Positions 11,601 to 25,799 of a stretch of 64,000 bases of DNA are shown piece after piece (the stretch's first letter is position 1; each line of letters starts with the position of its first letter). The position numbers were made by a program, and so were the translations under genes. The notes under the pieces were generated by a model. That model was given only the letters and a program-made list of their open reading frames with translations, was not told the origin of the DNA and did not search any database. The stretch is from Macrostomum hystrix. Its lineage: Eukaryota > Animalia > Platyhelminthes. The DNA lies in contig CATNEN010000001.1 in NCBI GenBank assembly GCA_950097015.1, positions 24,056,001-24,120,000 of the forward strand, written 5' to 3'.

Positions 11601-14600
11601 TGAGTGAGTCCAAACAGACAATTACCGACCAGCTAGCGCCAGTGTTTAAGTACGCCCATACGGCCGATGCCACTGTCGACTATCGCGAAGCAGTCCCGCT
11701 CTCCGAGTCTTTGAAGTCATTCCTGGCTTGTCCGAAGCCAGGCCGAGTGGCCGCCATGGTCTTGAAAGACTTCAGAAATATGCGACGTCGCTTCGGCTTC
11801 CTGCTGTTCCAGTTCAGCTTGCCTGTGGTGCAGATTGTGCTGTTCTGCCTGTGCATCGGCCGCGATCCTGCCGGCCTTCGACTGGCTGTCGTTAATCAGG
11901 ACGCTACGGGAAATCTGGGCGCTGATCTGCTGAAATCGTTGGACACTGCGAAAATTAAAAAGGTTAAGCTGCGTGTTTTCAGGATTTCTTAAAATATAGC
12001 AGCTAGCTTCAATCTGATTGGCTGCGGCTAGTCACGTGCTGGTTTTGGAGTGGCTAAAGAGGGAATTCCGAAAAAGGTTCTAAAAATAGCAAGAACCTTC
12101 AGGTCCGACCATAGGAAGGTATTGAATAAAAAACGGACATAAACTACAATGCAGAACTCAGTGGCATGTATATCTTATTTAATTTTATAAAAAGTAATTT
12201 AACGAAATAGAATGGAATAGAATATAATAGAATGGAATAGAATGGAATAGAATATAATAGAATGGAATAGAATGGAATAGAATGGAATAGAATTGAATAG
12301 AATGGAATAGAATGGAATAGAATGGAATAGAATGGAATAGAATGGAATAGAATGGAATAGAATGGAATAGAATGGAATAGAATGGAATAGAATGGAATAG
12401 AATGGAATAGAATGGAATAGAATGGAATAGAATGGAATAGAATGGAATAGAATGGAATAGAATGGAATAGAATGGAATAGAATGGAATAGAATGGAATAG
12501 AATGGAATAGAATGGAATAGAATGGAATAGAATGGAATAGAATGGAATAGAATGGAATAGAATAGAATGGAATAGAATGGAATAGAATGGAATCTTGGAA
12601 TAGAATGGAATAGAATGGAATCTTGGAATAGAATGGAATAGAATGGAATCTTGGAATAGAATGGAATAGAATGGAATCTTGGAATAGAATAGAATGGAAT
12701 AGAATGGAATCTTGGAATAAATTGGAATAGAATGGAATGGAATAGAATGGAATAGAATGGAATAGAATGGAATCTTGGAATAGAATGGAATAGAATGGAA
12801 TGGAATAGAAAGACTAACTCTACAATTGACAGGTGCCATTCTCGAGTCTGGAGCGGGCCAAAGAGGAGGTGCTGAGTGCTGGTGCGTGGGCAGTTTTGCA
12901 CCTGGAGTGGAACTTCACAGTCAGCCTGACTCAGCGGATGACAATGATTGGCACAGTCGGGAACTCGACCATCAGCCAAGGCAGCATTCACATGTACATG
13001 GACGAGAGCAGCTATCAGGTGAGTGCTGTGCTCAAGCAGTGCATCAGCCTCGCCTTCGAGAACATGTTCGGCGATGTCCTTGAGAGCAGACGGCTGCACC
13101 GCAATCTGGCCAAGATTCCAATCGCGTATCACGAACCGTTGCTAGGCAACAGAGATGCCACATTCACGGAGTTCATGGCTCCGGGAATCATCGTCACCAT
13201 CTTGTTCTTCTTGTCCACCGGCCTCACTGCTGTCAGCTTTGTTGTGCAACGCAAGGAGGGCCTGTTGGACAGGAGCCTGGTTGCCGGGGTCACGGTCACC
13301 GAGCTCATGCTGGGCCACGTGCTCACGGAATTAGTCATCATGTCGGGTGAGTGCGGGGGATTTAAAAATGTGGGATCTGAATTGGGATTCCAAAAAGAAA
13401 AGGATTAGAACTGATGTGATGCCAAAGAAAATAGGATAATAATTAATGGGATTCGAAAGATAATCGGAAATGAGTTGATAGGATTCCAGTGAGAATGAGA
13501 TCTGAATTGATGGGATTCCAGGGAGAATGGGATCTGAATTGATGGGATTCCAGGGAGAATGGGATCTGAAATGATGGGATTCCAGGGAAAATGGGATCTG
13601 AATTGATAGGATTCCAGGGAGAATGGGATCTGAAATGATGGGATTCCAGGGAGAATGGGATCTGAAATGATGGGATTCCAGAGAGAATGGGATCTGAATT
13701 GATGGGATTCCAGAGAGAATGGGATCTGAATTGATCGGATTCCAGAGAGAATGGGATCTGAAATGATGGAATTCCAGAGAGAATGGGATCTGAAATGATG
13801 GGATTGCAGAGAGAATGGGATCTGAATTGATGGGATTCCAGGGAGAATGGGATCTGAAATGATGGGATTCCAGGGAAAATGGGATCTGAATTGATAGGAT
13901 TCCAGGGAGAATGGGATCTGAAATGATGGGATTCCAGGGAGAATGGGATCTGAAATGATGGGATTCCAGAGAGAATGGGATCTGAATTGATGGGATTCCA
14001 GAGAGAATGGGATCTGAATTGATCGGATTCCAGAGAGAATGGGATCTGAAATGATGGAATTCCAGAGAGAATGGGATCTGAAATGATGGGATTGCAGAGA
14101 GAATGGGATCTGAATTGATCGGATTCAAGAGAGAATGGGATCTGAATTGATGGGATTCCAGAGAGAATGGGATCTGAATTGATGGGATTCCAGAGAGAAT
14201 GGGATCTGAATTGATGGGATTCCAGAGAGAATGGGATCTGAATTGATGGGATTCCAGAGAGAATGGGATCTGAATTGATGGGATTCCAGAGAGAATGGGA
14301 TCTGAAATGATGGGATTCCAGAGAGAATGGGATCTGAATTGATGGGATTCCAGAGAGAATGGGATCTGAATTGATTGGATTCGAGAGAGAATGGGATCTG
14401 AAATGATGGAATTCCAGAGAGAATGGGATCTGAAATGATGGGATTGCAGAGAGAATGGGATCTGAATTGATGGGATTGCAGAGATAATGGGATCTGAATT
14501 GATGGGATTCCAGAGAGAATGGGATCTGAATTGATGGGATTCCAGAGAGAATGGGATCTGAATTGATGGGATTCCAGGGATTCCAGAGAGAATGGGATCT

Positions 14601-16995
14601 GAATTGATCGGATTCCAGAGAGAATGGGATCTGAATTGATGGGATTCCAGAGAGAATGGGATCTGAATTGATCGGATTCCAGAGAGAATGGGATCTGAAT
14701 TGATCGGATTCCAGAGAGAATGGGATCTGAAATGATGGGATTCCAGAGAGAATGGGATCTGAATTGATCGGATTCCAGAGAGAATGGGATCTGAATTGAT
14801 GGGATTCCAGAGATAATGGGATCTGAATTGATTGGATTCCAGAGAGAATGGGATCTGAATTGATGGGATTCCAGAGAGAATGGGATCTGAATTGATGGGA
14901 TTCCAGAGAGAATGGGATCTGAAATGATGGGATTCCAGAGAGAATGGGATCTGAGTTGATGGGATTCCAGGGAGAATGGGATCTGAATTGATGGGATTCC
15001 AGAGAGAATGGGATCTGAATTGATGGGATTCCAGAGAGAATGGGATCTGAATTGATGGGATTCCAGAGAGAATGGGATCTGAATTGATGGGATTCCAGAG
15101 AGAATGGGATCTGAGTTGATGGGATTCCAGAGAGAATGGGATCTGAATTGATGGGATTCCAGAGAGAATGGGATCTAAATTTATGGGATTCCAGAGAGAA
15201 TGGGATCTGAATTTATGGGATTCCAGAGAGAATGGGATCTGAAATGATGGGATTCCAGAGAGAATGGGATCTGAGTTGATGGGATTCCAGGGAGAATGGG
15301 ATCTGAATTGATGGGATTCCAGAGAGAATGGGATCTGAATTGATGGGATTCCAGAGAGAATGGGATCTGAGTTGATGGGATTCCAGGGATTCCAGAGAGA
15401 ATGGGATCTGAATTGATGGGATTCCAGAGAGAATGGGATCTGAATTGATGGGATTCCAGAGAGAATGGGATCTGAATTGATGGGATTCCAGAGAGAATGG
15501 GATCTGAATTGATGGGATTCCAGAGAGAATGGGATCTGAATTGATCGGATTCCAGAGAGAATGGGATCTGAATTGATCGGATTCCAGAGAGAATGGGATC
15601 TGAAATGATGGGATTCCAGAGAGAATGGGATCTGAATTGATCGGATTCCAGAGAGAATGGGATCTGAATTGATCGGATTCCAGGAAGAATGGGATCTGAA
15701 TTGATGGGATTCCAGAGAGAATGGGATCTGAAATGATGGGATTCCAGAGAGAATGGGATCTGAGTTGATGGGATTCCAGGGAGAATGGGATCTGAATTGA
15801 TGGGATTCCAGAGAGAATGGGATCTGAATTGATCGGATTCCAGAGAGAATGGGATCTGAATTGATCGGATTCCAGAGAGAATGGGATCTGAAATGATGGG
15901 ATTCCAGAGAGAATGGGATCTGAATTGATCGGATTCCAGAGAGAATGGGATCTGAATTGATCGGATTCCAGGAAGAATGGGATCTGAATTGATGGGATTC
16001 CAGAGAGAATGGGATCTGAAATGATGGGATTCCAGAGAGAATGGGATCTGAGTTGATGGGATTCCAGGGAGAATGGGATCTGAATTGATGGGATTCCAGA
16101 GAGAATGGGATCTGAATTGATGGGATTCCAGAGAGAATGGGATCTGAATTGATGGGATTCCAGAGAGAATGGGATCTGAAATGATGGGATTCCAGAGAGA
16201 ATGGGATCTGAGTTGATGGGATTCCAGGGAGAATGGGATCTGAATTGATGGGATTCCAGAGAGAATGGGATCTGAGTTGATGGAACGCACAGAATGATTT
16301 CCCACGCCGCAGGCCAGACCGCTCTGCTGCTGCTGTTCTCTCTGGTTGTGTTCGGCATTCGCTGCAGCGGCTCTGTGGCCCTGGTGATTCTGTTAGCCCT
16401 GGTGAGTGGCTTCTGCGGCATGTCTCTGGGACTGCTCATCTCTGTACTGTGCTCAGTTGAGACCGCTGCGATGCAGGCTGCCCTGGGCACAATGTACCCC
16501 AGCCTGCTGCTCAGCGGCATCATGTGGCCATCGGAGGCCATGCCCGATGCTGTCTGGTACATCAGCCGGGTCATGCCCACCACACTGCCAGTGGAAGCCA
16601 TGCGATCGATTTTCGGTAGAGGTGAGGATGGGAGATGAGATTTATTTAAGTCCATTTTACGAGTAGGTTCAACCCGATGATGACATATCAGAAATGGGAT
16701 TCTTTTTGGATGCGGGAAATTTTGAAAATAGGGACATTTTTCGGCTGTTTCGGAAAAAAAGAGAATACAAAAATGTGATACATCTACTATGGGATTTTTT
16801 AGAAATGGGATATTTCGAAAATGCTGGGATATTTCGGAGTTAAATATCTCAGTTAAATATTATTTTTTTATCGACTCGAACGCAGGCTTCGGTTTGACAG
16901 AAACCTCAGTGTGGATGGGCTTCGTGTCTTCAATTTGTTGGTCAACGCTTCTGCTGCTGACAGCCGCGCTGCTGATCAGATTGAGAGGAATTTAA
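8633..16995 (+). CDS. ABC half-transporter, NBD-TMD topology, ABCH-like; 8 predicted exons (8633-8751, 10360-10674, 10757-10864, 11251-~11425, ~11525-11962, 12833-13347, ~16313-16621, 16886-16995)
   Basis: Spliced reading gives Walker [15 protein letters not shown]-loop GYMPQ, signature [12 protein letters not shown], Walker B/D-loop [14 protein letters not shown]-loop [10 protein letters not shown], then ABC-2 membrane segments ([24 protein letters not shown]); GT-AG junction phases are consistent. Confidence 0.9.
8800..9205. repeat. GA-rich repeat in ABC intron 1
   Basis: GAGAGGAGAGGGGAAAAGGAGGG units. Confidence 0.9.
9850..10280. repeat. 19-bp minisatellite (GGCCATAGACTAGAGTTGA)n in ABC intron 1
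   Basis: Tandem copies. Confidence 0.95.
10945..11178. repeat. 11-bp minisatellite (CTGAACCCAAC)n, intronic
   Basis: Tandem copies. Confidence 0.95.
12205..12810. repeat. (AATGGAATAG)n pentamer-based satellite, intronic
   Basis: Tandem copies with GGAATCTT variants. Confidence 0.95.
13490..16285. repeat. 32-bp minisatellite (GAGAGAATGGGATCTGAATTGATGGGATTCCA)n filling most of one ABC intron
   Basis: ~87 tandem copies; 32-aa period in translations. Confidence 0.97.
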
Positions 16996-17204
16996 CTGAA
17001 ATCGCCATTGACCGCTGCGAACTTATCTTAAGACTAGCGTTACCTACTTTGTTATTGTAACCTTGCTTTTCTGTTGAATAACAGTAAATAAGCGTAGTAT
17101 TGTGAACCACACTTTATGTCATTTTAAGACACTAAAGTACGTTACTAACTTGTTCACAACCAGTTTTTCCATTGCGTTCCGATTTACCTATCATCACTTT
17201 CAGG

Positions 17205-17725
17205 TAGCCACCTCACTCCCTGTCCATTCCAACGTACCCTTCTCTCAGTGCGACAGCCACCTCACTCCCTGTCCATCCAACCCCTCCTCTCAGTCCGACA
17301 ACCACCTCACTCCCTGTCCATTCAGACCCCTTCTCTCAGTCCGACAGCCGCCTCACTCCCTGTCCATTCCAACCCCTTCTCTCAGTCCGACAGCCACCTC
17401 ACTCCCTGTCCATTCCAACGTACCCTTCTCTCAGTGCGACAGCCACCTCACTCCCTGTCCATCCAACCCCTCCTCTCAGTCCGACAGCCACCTCACTCCC
17501 TGTCCATTCAGACCCCTTCTCTCAGTCCGACAGCCACCTCACTCCCTGTCCATTCAGACCCCTTCTCTCAGTGCGACAGCCACCTCACTCCCTGTCCATC
17601 CAACCCCTCCTCTCAGTCCGACAGCCACCTCACTCCCTGTCCATTCAGACCCCTTCTCTCAGTCCGACAGCCGCCTCACTCCCTGTCCATTCCAACCCCT
17701 TCTCTCAGTCCGACAGCCACCTCAC
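17205..17725. repeat. ~45-48-bp minisatellite (GACAGCCACCTCACTCCCTGTCCATTC...)n
   Basis: Tandem copies. Confidence 0.92.
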
Positions 17726-18004
17726 TTCCCCTCAAAACCTAACCTCCCACTCCATATTGAATACGCTAGTTATCTACACCAAATTATTTATTTGAAGCCG
17801 CTGTGATTTTGCTTAATCACTTTTCTGCTTTAAACATTTTAATAATTGATCAACACGATAATTCAAGGACAATACTAGTGTTTTAATTTTAGACAACCAT
17901 TTGTTAGAAAGTTATTATACTTATAGAGTCGGCCCACATTCAGAGTCATTATTTCCTATTTTGAATACATTTTTATATAGAAAAACTCAACCGTTTTTTT
18001 GGAA

Positions 18005-20205
18005 TAGACAATCCTGTCCTATGGGTTAGACAATCCTGTCTATATGGGTTAGACAATCCTGTCCTTTGGGTTAGACAATCCTGTACTATGGGTTAGACAA
18101 TCCTGTCTATATGGGTTAGACAATCCTGTACTATGGGTTAGACAATCCTGTCCTAATTGGGTTAGACAATCCTGTACTATGGGTTAGACAATCCTGTACT
18201 ATGGGTTAGACAATCCTGTCCTTTGGGTTAGACAATCCTGTACTATGGGTTAGACAATCCTGTCCTTTGGGTTAGACAATCCTGTCCTTTGGGTTAGACA
18301 ATCCTGTACTATGGGTTAGACAATCCTGTCCTTTGGGTTAGACAATCCTGTCCTATGGGTTAGACAATCCTGTCCTATGGGTTAGACAATCCTGTCCTAT
18401 GGGTTAGACAATCCTGTACTATGGGTTAGACAATCCTGTCCTTTGGGTTAGACAATCCTGTACTATGGGTTAGACAATCCTGTACTATGGGTTAGACAAT
18501 CCTGTCCTATGGGTTAGACAATCCTGTCCTTTGGGTTAGACAATCCTGTACTATGGGTTAGACAATCCTGTCCTTTGGGTTAGACAATCCTGTCCTATGG
18601 GTTAGACAATCCTGTCCTATGGGTTAGACAATCCTGTCCTATGGGTTAGACAATCCTGTCCTATGGGTTAGACAATCCTGTCCTATGGGTTAGACAATCC
18701 TGTACTATGGGTTAGACAATCCTGTCCTATGGGTTAGACAATCCTGTCCTATGGGTTAGACAATCCTGTCCTATGGGTTAGACAATCCTGTCCTATGGGT
18801 TAGACAATCCTGTCCTTTGGGTTAGACAATCCTGTACTATGGGTTAGACAATCCTGTCCTTTGGGTTAGACAATCCTGTCCTATGGGTTAGACAATCCTG
18901 TCCTATGGGTTAGACAATCCTGTCCTATGGGTTAGACAATCCTGTACTATGGGTTAGACAATCCTGTCCTTTGGGTTAGACAATCCTGTACTATGGGTTA
19001 GACAATCCTGTACTATGGGTTAGACAATCCTGTACTATGGGTTAGACAATCCTGTACTATGGGTTAGACAATCCTGTCCTATGGGTTAGACAATCCTGTC
19101 CTTTGGGTTAGACAATCCTGTCCTATGGGTTAGACAATCCTGTACTATGGGTTAGACAATCCTGTCCTTTGGGTTAGACAATCCTGTCCTATGGGTTAGA
19201 CAATCCTGTACTATGGGTTAGACAATCCTGTACTATGGGTTAGACAATCCTGTCTATATGGGTTAGACAATCCTGTCCTTTGGGTTAGACAATCCTGTCC
19301 TTTGGGTTAGACAATCCTGTCCTGTGGGTTGGACAATCCTGTCCTTTGGGTTAGACAATCCTGTCCTTTGGGTTAGACAATCCTGTACTATGGGTTAGAC
19401 AATCCTGTCCTTTGGGTTAGACAATCCTGTCCTTTGGGTTAGACAATCCTGTCCTATGGGTTAGACAATCCTGTACTATGGGTTAGACAATCCTGTCTAT
19501 ATGGGTTAGACAATCCTGTCCTTTGGGTTAGACAATCCTGTACTATGGGTTAGACAATCCTGTCCTTTGGGTTAGACAATCCTGTACTATGGGTTAGACA
19601 ATCCTGTCCTTTGGGTTAGACAATCCTGTACTATGGGTTAGACAATCCTGTACTATGGGTTAGACAATCCTGTCCTATGGGTTAGACAATCCTGTCCTAT
19701 GGGTTAGACAATCCTGTCCTATGGGTTAGACAATCCTGTCTATATGGGTTAGACAATCCTGTCCTTTGGGTTAGACAATCCTGTACTATGGGTTAGACAA
19801 TCCTGTCCTTTGGGTTAGACAATCCTGTCCTTTGGGTTAGACAATCCTGTCCTTTGGGTTAGACAATCCTGTCCTTTGGGTTAGACAATCCTGTACTATG
19901 GGTTAGACAATCCTGTCCTTTGGGTTAGACAATCCTGTCCTATGGGTTAGACAATCCTGTACTATGGGTTAGACGATCCTGTCCTTTGGGTTAGACGATC
20001 CTGTCCTATGGGTTGGACGATCCTGTCCTTTGGGTTAGACAATCCTGTACTATGGGTGAGACAATCCTGTCCTATGGGTTAGACAATCCTGTCCTATGGG
20101 TTAGACAATCCTGTACTATGGGTGAGACAATCCTGTCCTATGGGTTAGACAATCCTGTCCTTTGGGTTAGACGATCCTGTACTATGGGTTGGACGATCCT
20201 GTCCT
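18005..20205. repeat. 22-bp minisatellite (GGGTTAGACAATCCTGTCCTAT)n
   Basis: ~100 tandem copies. Confidence 0.97.
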
Positions 20206-20224
20206 GTCTCATTCCGTCAAAGAC

Positions 20225-21145
20225 TCAGGCGCGGAAGTAGACTTCATCCGTGGTACTCGTCAGCCCATCTGGCAGGGCGGTGAACCGCAGCTGACGGCAG
20301 ATCCTTGAGCTGCTGGAGTACAGGTAACCCTGACAGGTGGCATTCACCTGACACGTCAACAGACAGCTGATGGCATTGTCTGCTGGCTGGGTCCAGTAGA
20401 TTGTGGATTGGTCAGCTGAGGTGGTTTGAATAGTCGGATAAGGCGATCTCTGTCTGGCGAACTTCGGGCACCCGGTGTCAGCTGTTGGAGGCGATTGGTT
20501 TGAGACCATTGTAGAGAATGAGACCGTTGTAGAGAATGAGACCGTTGTAGAGAATGAGATCATTGTAGAGAATGAGACCATTGTAGAGAATGAGACCGTT
20601 GTAGAGAATGAGACCGTTGTAGAGAATGAGATCATTGTAGAGAATGAGACCATTGTAGAGAATGAGACCGTTGTAGAGAATGAGACCATTGTACAGAGAG
20701 AAGATTTACCTAGGTAGTCGATAGAGTAGACTGAGTTCTTGTGATTACCGCCGCACTTTAACGAGCTATCTCCTGAGCAGGTGTTGCTGCAGTCGGTGGC
20801 TGGGTTGGCAGCAGGTCCGTACCTGCCAAAGGTGTTGCCGCAGAAGCAGTAGGAGCTAAACTGCAAGCCAAAGTAGCGAAAGCCACCCAGCGAGCAAATC
20901 CCCGAGCACAGACGCGGCGTCATGGCTGAGCTTGAGGCAGCGCTATATGTCTGGATGCTGGAGTAATCAGCCAACTGACTCAGTCCAGACAGACCATTGA
21001 GATCGCGATTGGCTGTTACCGTGGTATCAACGTAGCAACCCAGGTAGGTCATTGCTTTCACTAGTCGAGCATCAGCGACGCAGGACAGCCCGACGGCCAG
21101 ATATACAAAGACGAGAGAAGTAAAACGCAGATTGTCCGCGGACAT
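20225..21145 (-). CDS. Secreted WSC-domain protein with C-terminal PAN/Apple-like Cys domain; probable 228-nt intron at 20482-20709
   Basis: Hydrophobic signal peptide (FTSLVFVYLAVGLSCVADA); WSC pattern YLGCY..D...MTPRLCSGIC..GGFRYFGLQFSSYCFCGN...C..TCSGD...CGG..KNSVY; C-terminal CLLTCQVNATCQGYLYSSSSRICRQL. Confidence 0.85.
   Translation of the reverse strand: MSADNLRFTSLVFVYLAVGLSCVADARLVKAMTYLGCYVDTTVTANRDLNGLSGLSQLADYSSIQTYSAASSSAMTPRLCSGICSLGGFRYFGLQFSSYCFCGNTFGRYGPAANPATDCSNTCSGDSSLKCGGNHKNSVYSIDYLGKSSLCTMVSFSTTVSFSTMVSFSTMISFSTTVSFSTTVSFSTMVSFSTMISFSTTVSFSTTVSFSTMVSNQSPPTADTGCPKFARQRSPYPTIQTTSADQSTIYWTQPADNAISCLLTCQVNATCQGYLYSSSSRICRQLRFTALPDGLTSTTDEVYFRA
20500..20697. repeat. 18-bp tandem repeat (TTGTAGAGAATGAGACCG)n within the predicted WSC intron
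   Basis: ~11 copies. Confidence 0.93.
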
Positions 21146-22227
21146 TTTGAGGACAGGCACTACTGCACCAAGGAGCGTTAAATTCATGAGATTTTACTGC
21201 TGCTTCTGCAGCATTTTATGCTACTCATTGTTGCTCAGTTGCGGCGTGGGTCACTGCGATTGGCTGGGCTTCTTGTGTATGTCTTTACTTGATAATTAAA
21301 CACCTTCGTACGCTTATAGACAGTTTCAGCTCCTCTCGGATGACGGATCCCACTAAGTGCTTGATCGATGATGAATTCAAATTCTAATTGAGCGAAGCGA
21401 GACAAGGACATTGTACCATGAACTTTTTGCCCGGCCCGCAAAAGGCATCGATCGATAGGAATGGCTTATACTGTGACGAAAAAGTTTTTTCGTTTTTATA
21501 CCAAGGGGGAAATTCGCCCAAGAGGGGGAGAATGCGTCGGGTGGTGACTGGTTGGTTGACAGACGATGGTGTCGTATGGTTGAGCTGCGCCTAATATTTA
21601 GGCTCGATCAGTGAAATTGGAGAAATTGGCGTCAGGGTGTCCATAGTGGCCTTTTTCCACCTTTTGTTAGCCCTCGAAGGTCCAGTAGTCCGTCTAGATG
21701 AAGGTAGGTGACCACTGAAGATTCGGGTGACGTGCTGACAAAGTTGGCAAATTCGTGTATAGGGGTGTATGAAATACACTAGCGTTTATGTAAAAAATCA
21801 GACTGTCTTCCAGAACCATTGAATATCTCGACGGCCTGAAGAGCTGGCGACTTGATTATGGTTTCAAAAGATGCGCAACAAAAAGTTGGCCCGTGATCTT
21901 GAGTTTCGTGTGCTTGCATTGCTCGGTTCAGGTGCAGCACAAACAATTGTCATGTGGGGGGGGGAAATTCCCCCAACTGATAAGATAGAAATGGCGATCG
22001 AAAACAATACAACTACAGACTTATTATTTGGTAATTTATTAGGTAGGAATATTGACCACTTGAACAATTTCTGGATACTTCAGCGTTGGTAATGCCATCG
22101 AAAAATGAGAATTAATGGTATCATTTAATATAACAAGATAAGCGAAAGCAGATAAGAATTTACAAATGTACAGTGCATCAAATAGACAGCCACGAAGTCA
22201 CACAAGTTCACAGAGCTGCAAAAGCGC

Positions 22228-23676
<1,449 letters not shown>

Positions 23677-24185
23677 CAGTATCTCGTTTTTCGGCAACCA
23701 CTAATTTTTGGCATGCGTCAGTTTCAGCAAAGTGCTAGCAAAATATTTTTTGTCCAATCACTTCGTTATTGAGACAACAGTTTGTGTTACGCATTTTTAA
23801 ACAATGCTTGCTTGTCAGCATGGTGCAATGAGACTTCAGTACAATGCAACTATTCAATTCCAGCAATACAATTCTGCACTGCAGGCAAAGGATTGCCGTT
23901 TCTAATTTTAGGTACTGAGCGAATACTGAAAGGCTCGTTGCAATTTTTTTAAAGCTTCAGTTTAGAGTTGGCACAGAGGTGCGAATTGTTGTATTCTCGT
24001 GCCCACGGTCCTGAGCTCTAATTCGTGGCCAGACCAAGTTAATTAGGGCAGATTTTTTAATTCCGTCGCATGCTTTCTCGAAAACTTCTGACCTCAAGAG
24101 AGATTTGAAAACGAGTTTTGGGCTAAAGTCGTAAACGAACAATGCTTCTCTAATAAATAAATAAAAATAATTGCAGGAGGGTTGC

Positions 24186-25799
24186 TCCTGGGGGCTGTTC
24201 CTGGGCCACTCTGGGGGCTGTTCCTGGGCAACTCTGGGACTGTTCCTGGGCGACTCTGGGGGCTGTTCCTGGGCAACTCTGGGACTGTTCCTGGGCGACT
24301 CTGGGGGCTGTTCCTGGGCAACTCTGGGACTGTTCCTGGGCGACTCTGGGGGCTGTTCCTGGGCCACTCTGGGGGCTGTTCCTGGGCGACTCTGGGGGCT
24401 GTTCCTGGGCGACTCTGGGGGCTGTTCCTGGGCCACTCTGGGGGCTGTTCCTGGGCAACTCTGGGGGCTGTTCCTGGGCCACTCTGGGGGCTGTTCCTGG
24501 GCCACTCTGGGGGCTGTTCCTGGGCAACTCTGGGACTGTTCCTGGGCGACTCTGGGGGCTGTTCCTGGGCAACTCTGGGACTGTTCCTGGGCGACTCTGG
24601 GGGCTGTTCCTGGGCCACTCTGGGGGCTGTTCCTGGGCGACTCTGGGGGCTGTTCCTGGGCGACTCTGGGGGCTGTTCCTGGGCCACTCTGGGGGCTGTT
24701 CCTGGGCAACTCTGGGACTGTTCCTGGGCGACTCTGGGGGCTGTTCCTGGGCAACTCTGGGACTGTTCCTGGGCGACTCTGGGGGCTGTTCCTGGGCGAC
24801 TCTGGGGGCTGTTCCTGGGCGACTCTGGGGGCTGTTCCTGGGCAACTCTGGGGGCTGTTCCTGGGCCACTCTGGGGGCTGTTCCTGGGCCACTCTGGGGG
24901 CTGTTCCTGGGCAACTCTGGGACTGTTCCTGGGCGACTCTGGGGGCTGTTCCTGGGCAACTCTGGGACTGTTCCTGGGCGACTCTGGGGGCTGTTCCTGG
25001 GCCACTCTGGGGGCTGTTCCTGGGCGACTCTGGGGGCTGTTCCTGGGCGACTCTGGGGGCTGTTCCTGGGCCACTCTGGGGGCTGTTCCTGGGCAACTCT
25101 GGGACTGTTCCTGGGCGACTCTGGGGGCTGTTCCTGGGCAACTCTGGGACTGTTCCTGGGCGACTCTGGGGGCTGTTCCTGGGCCACTCTGGGGGCTGTT
25201 CCTGGGCAACTCTGGGACTGTTCCTGGGCGACTCTGGGGGCTGTTCCTGGGCCACTCTGGGGGCTGTTCCTGGGCGACTCTGGGGGCTGTTCCTGGGCCA
25301 CTCTGGGGGCTGTTCCTGGGCGACTCTGGGGGCTGTTCCTGGGCGACTCTGGGGGCTGTTCCTGGGCCACTCTGGGGGCTGTTCCTGGGCAACTCTGGGA
25401 CTGTTCCTGGGCGACTCTGGGGGCTGTTCCTGGGCAACTCTGGGACTGTTCCTGGGCGACTCTGGGGGCTGTTCCTGGGCCACTCTGGGGGCTGTTCCTG
25501 GGCGACTCTGGGGGCTGTTCCTGGGCGACTCTGGGGGCTGTTCCTGGGCCACTCTGGGGGCTGTTCCTGGGCAACTCTGGGACTGTTCCTGGGCGACTCT
25601 GGGGGCTGTTCCTGGGCAACTCTGGGACTGTTCCTGGGCGACTCTGGGGGCTGTTCCTGGGCCACTCTGGGGGCTGTTCCTGGGCAACTCTGGGACTGTT
25701 CCTGGGCGACTCTGGGGGCTGTTCCTGGGCCACTCTGGGGGCTGTTCCTGGGCGACTCTGGGGGCTGTTCCTGGGCGACTCTGGGGGCTGTTCTTGGGC
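24186..25799. repeat. 23-bp GC-rich satellite (CTCTGGGGGCTGTTCCTGGGCGA)n, left half (Polinton insertion target)
   Basis: Tandem 22/23-bp units ending at TSD TTGGGC (25794-25799). Confidence 0.97.

Noticed and set aside
12205-12810. Human satellite II/III contamination
   Set aside because: Sits inside a coherent intron with in-phase flanking exons; simple-sequence convergence is sufficient
12144-16655. Minus-strand ORFs ([19 protein letters not shown] repeats)
   Set aside because: Intronic satellites of the ABC gene read in antisense
18005-20205. Telomere array (contains GGGTTAG)
   Set aside because: The unit is a 22-mer with a single GGGTTAG, not (TTAGGG)n
21490-21850. Short matches to 59070-59140 (ATACCAAGGGGG inverted; CATTGAATATCTCGACGG direct) as ends of one large element
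   Set aside because: Matches are short and in mixed orientation; more likely fragments of a dispersed repeat, and boundaries cannot be defined
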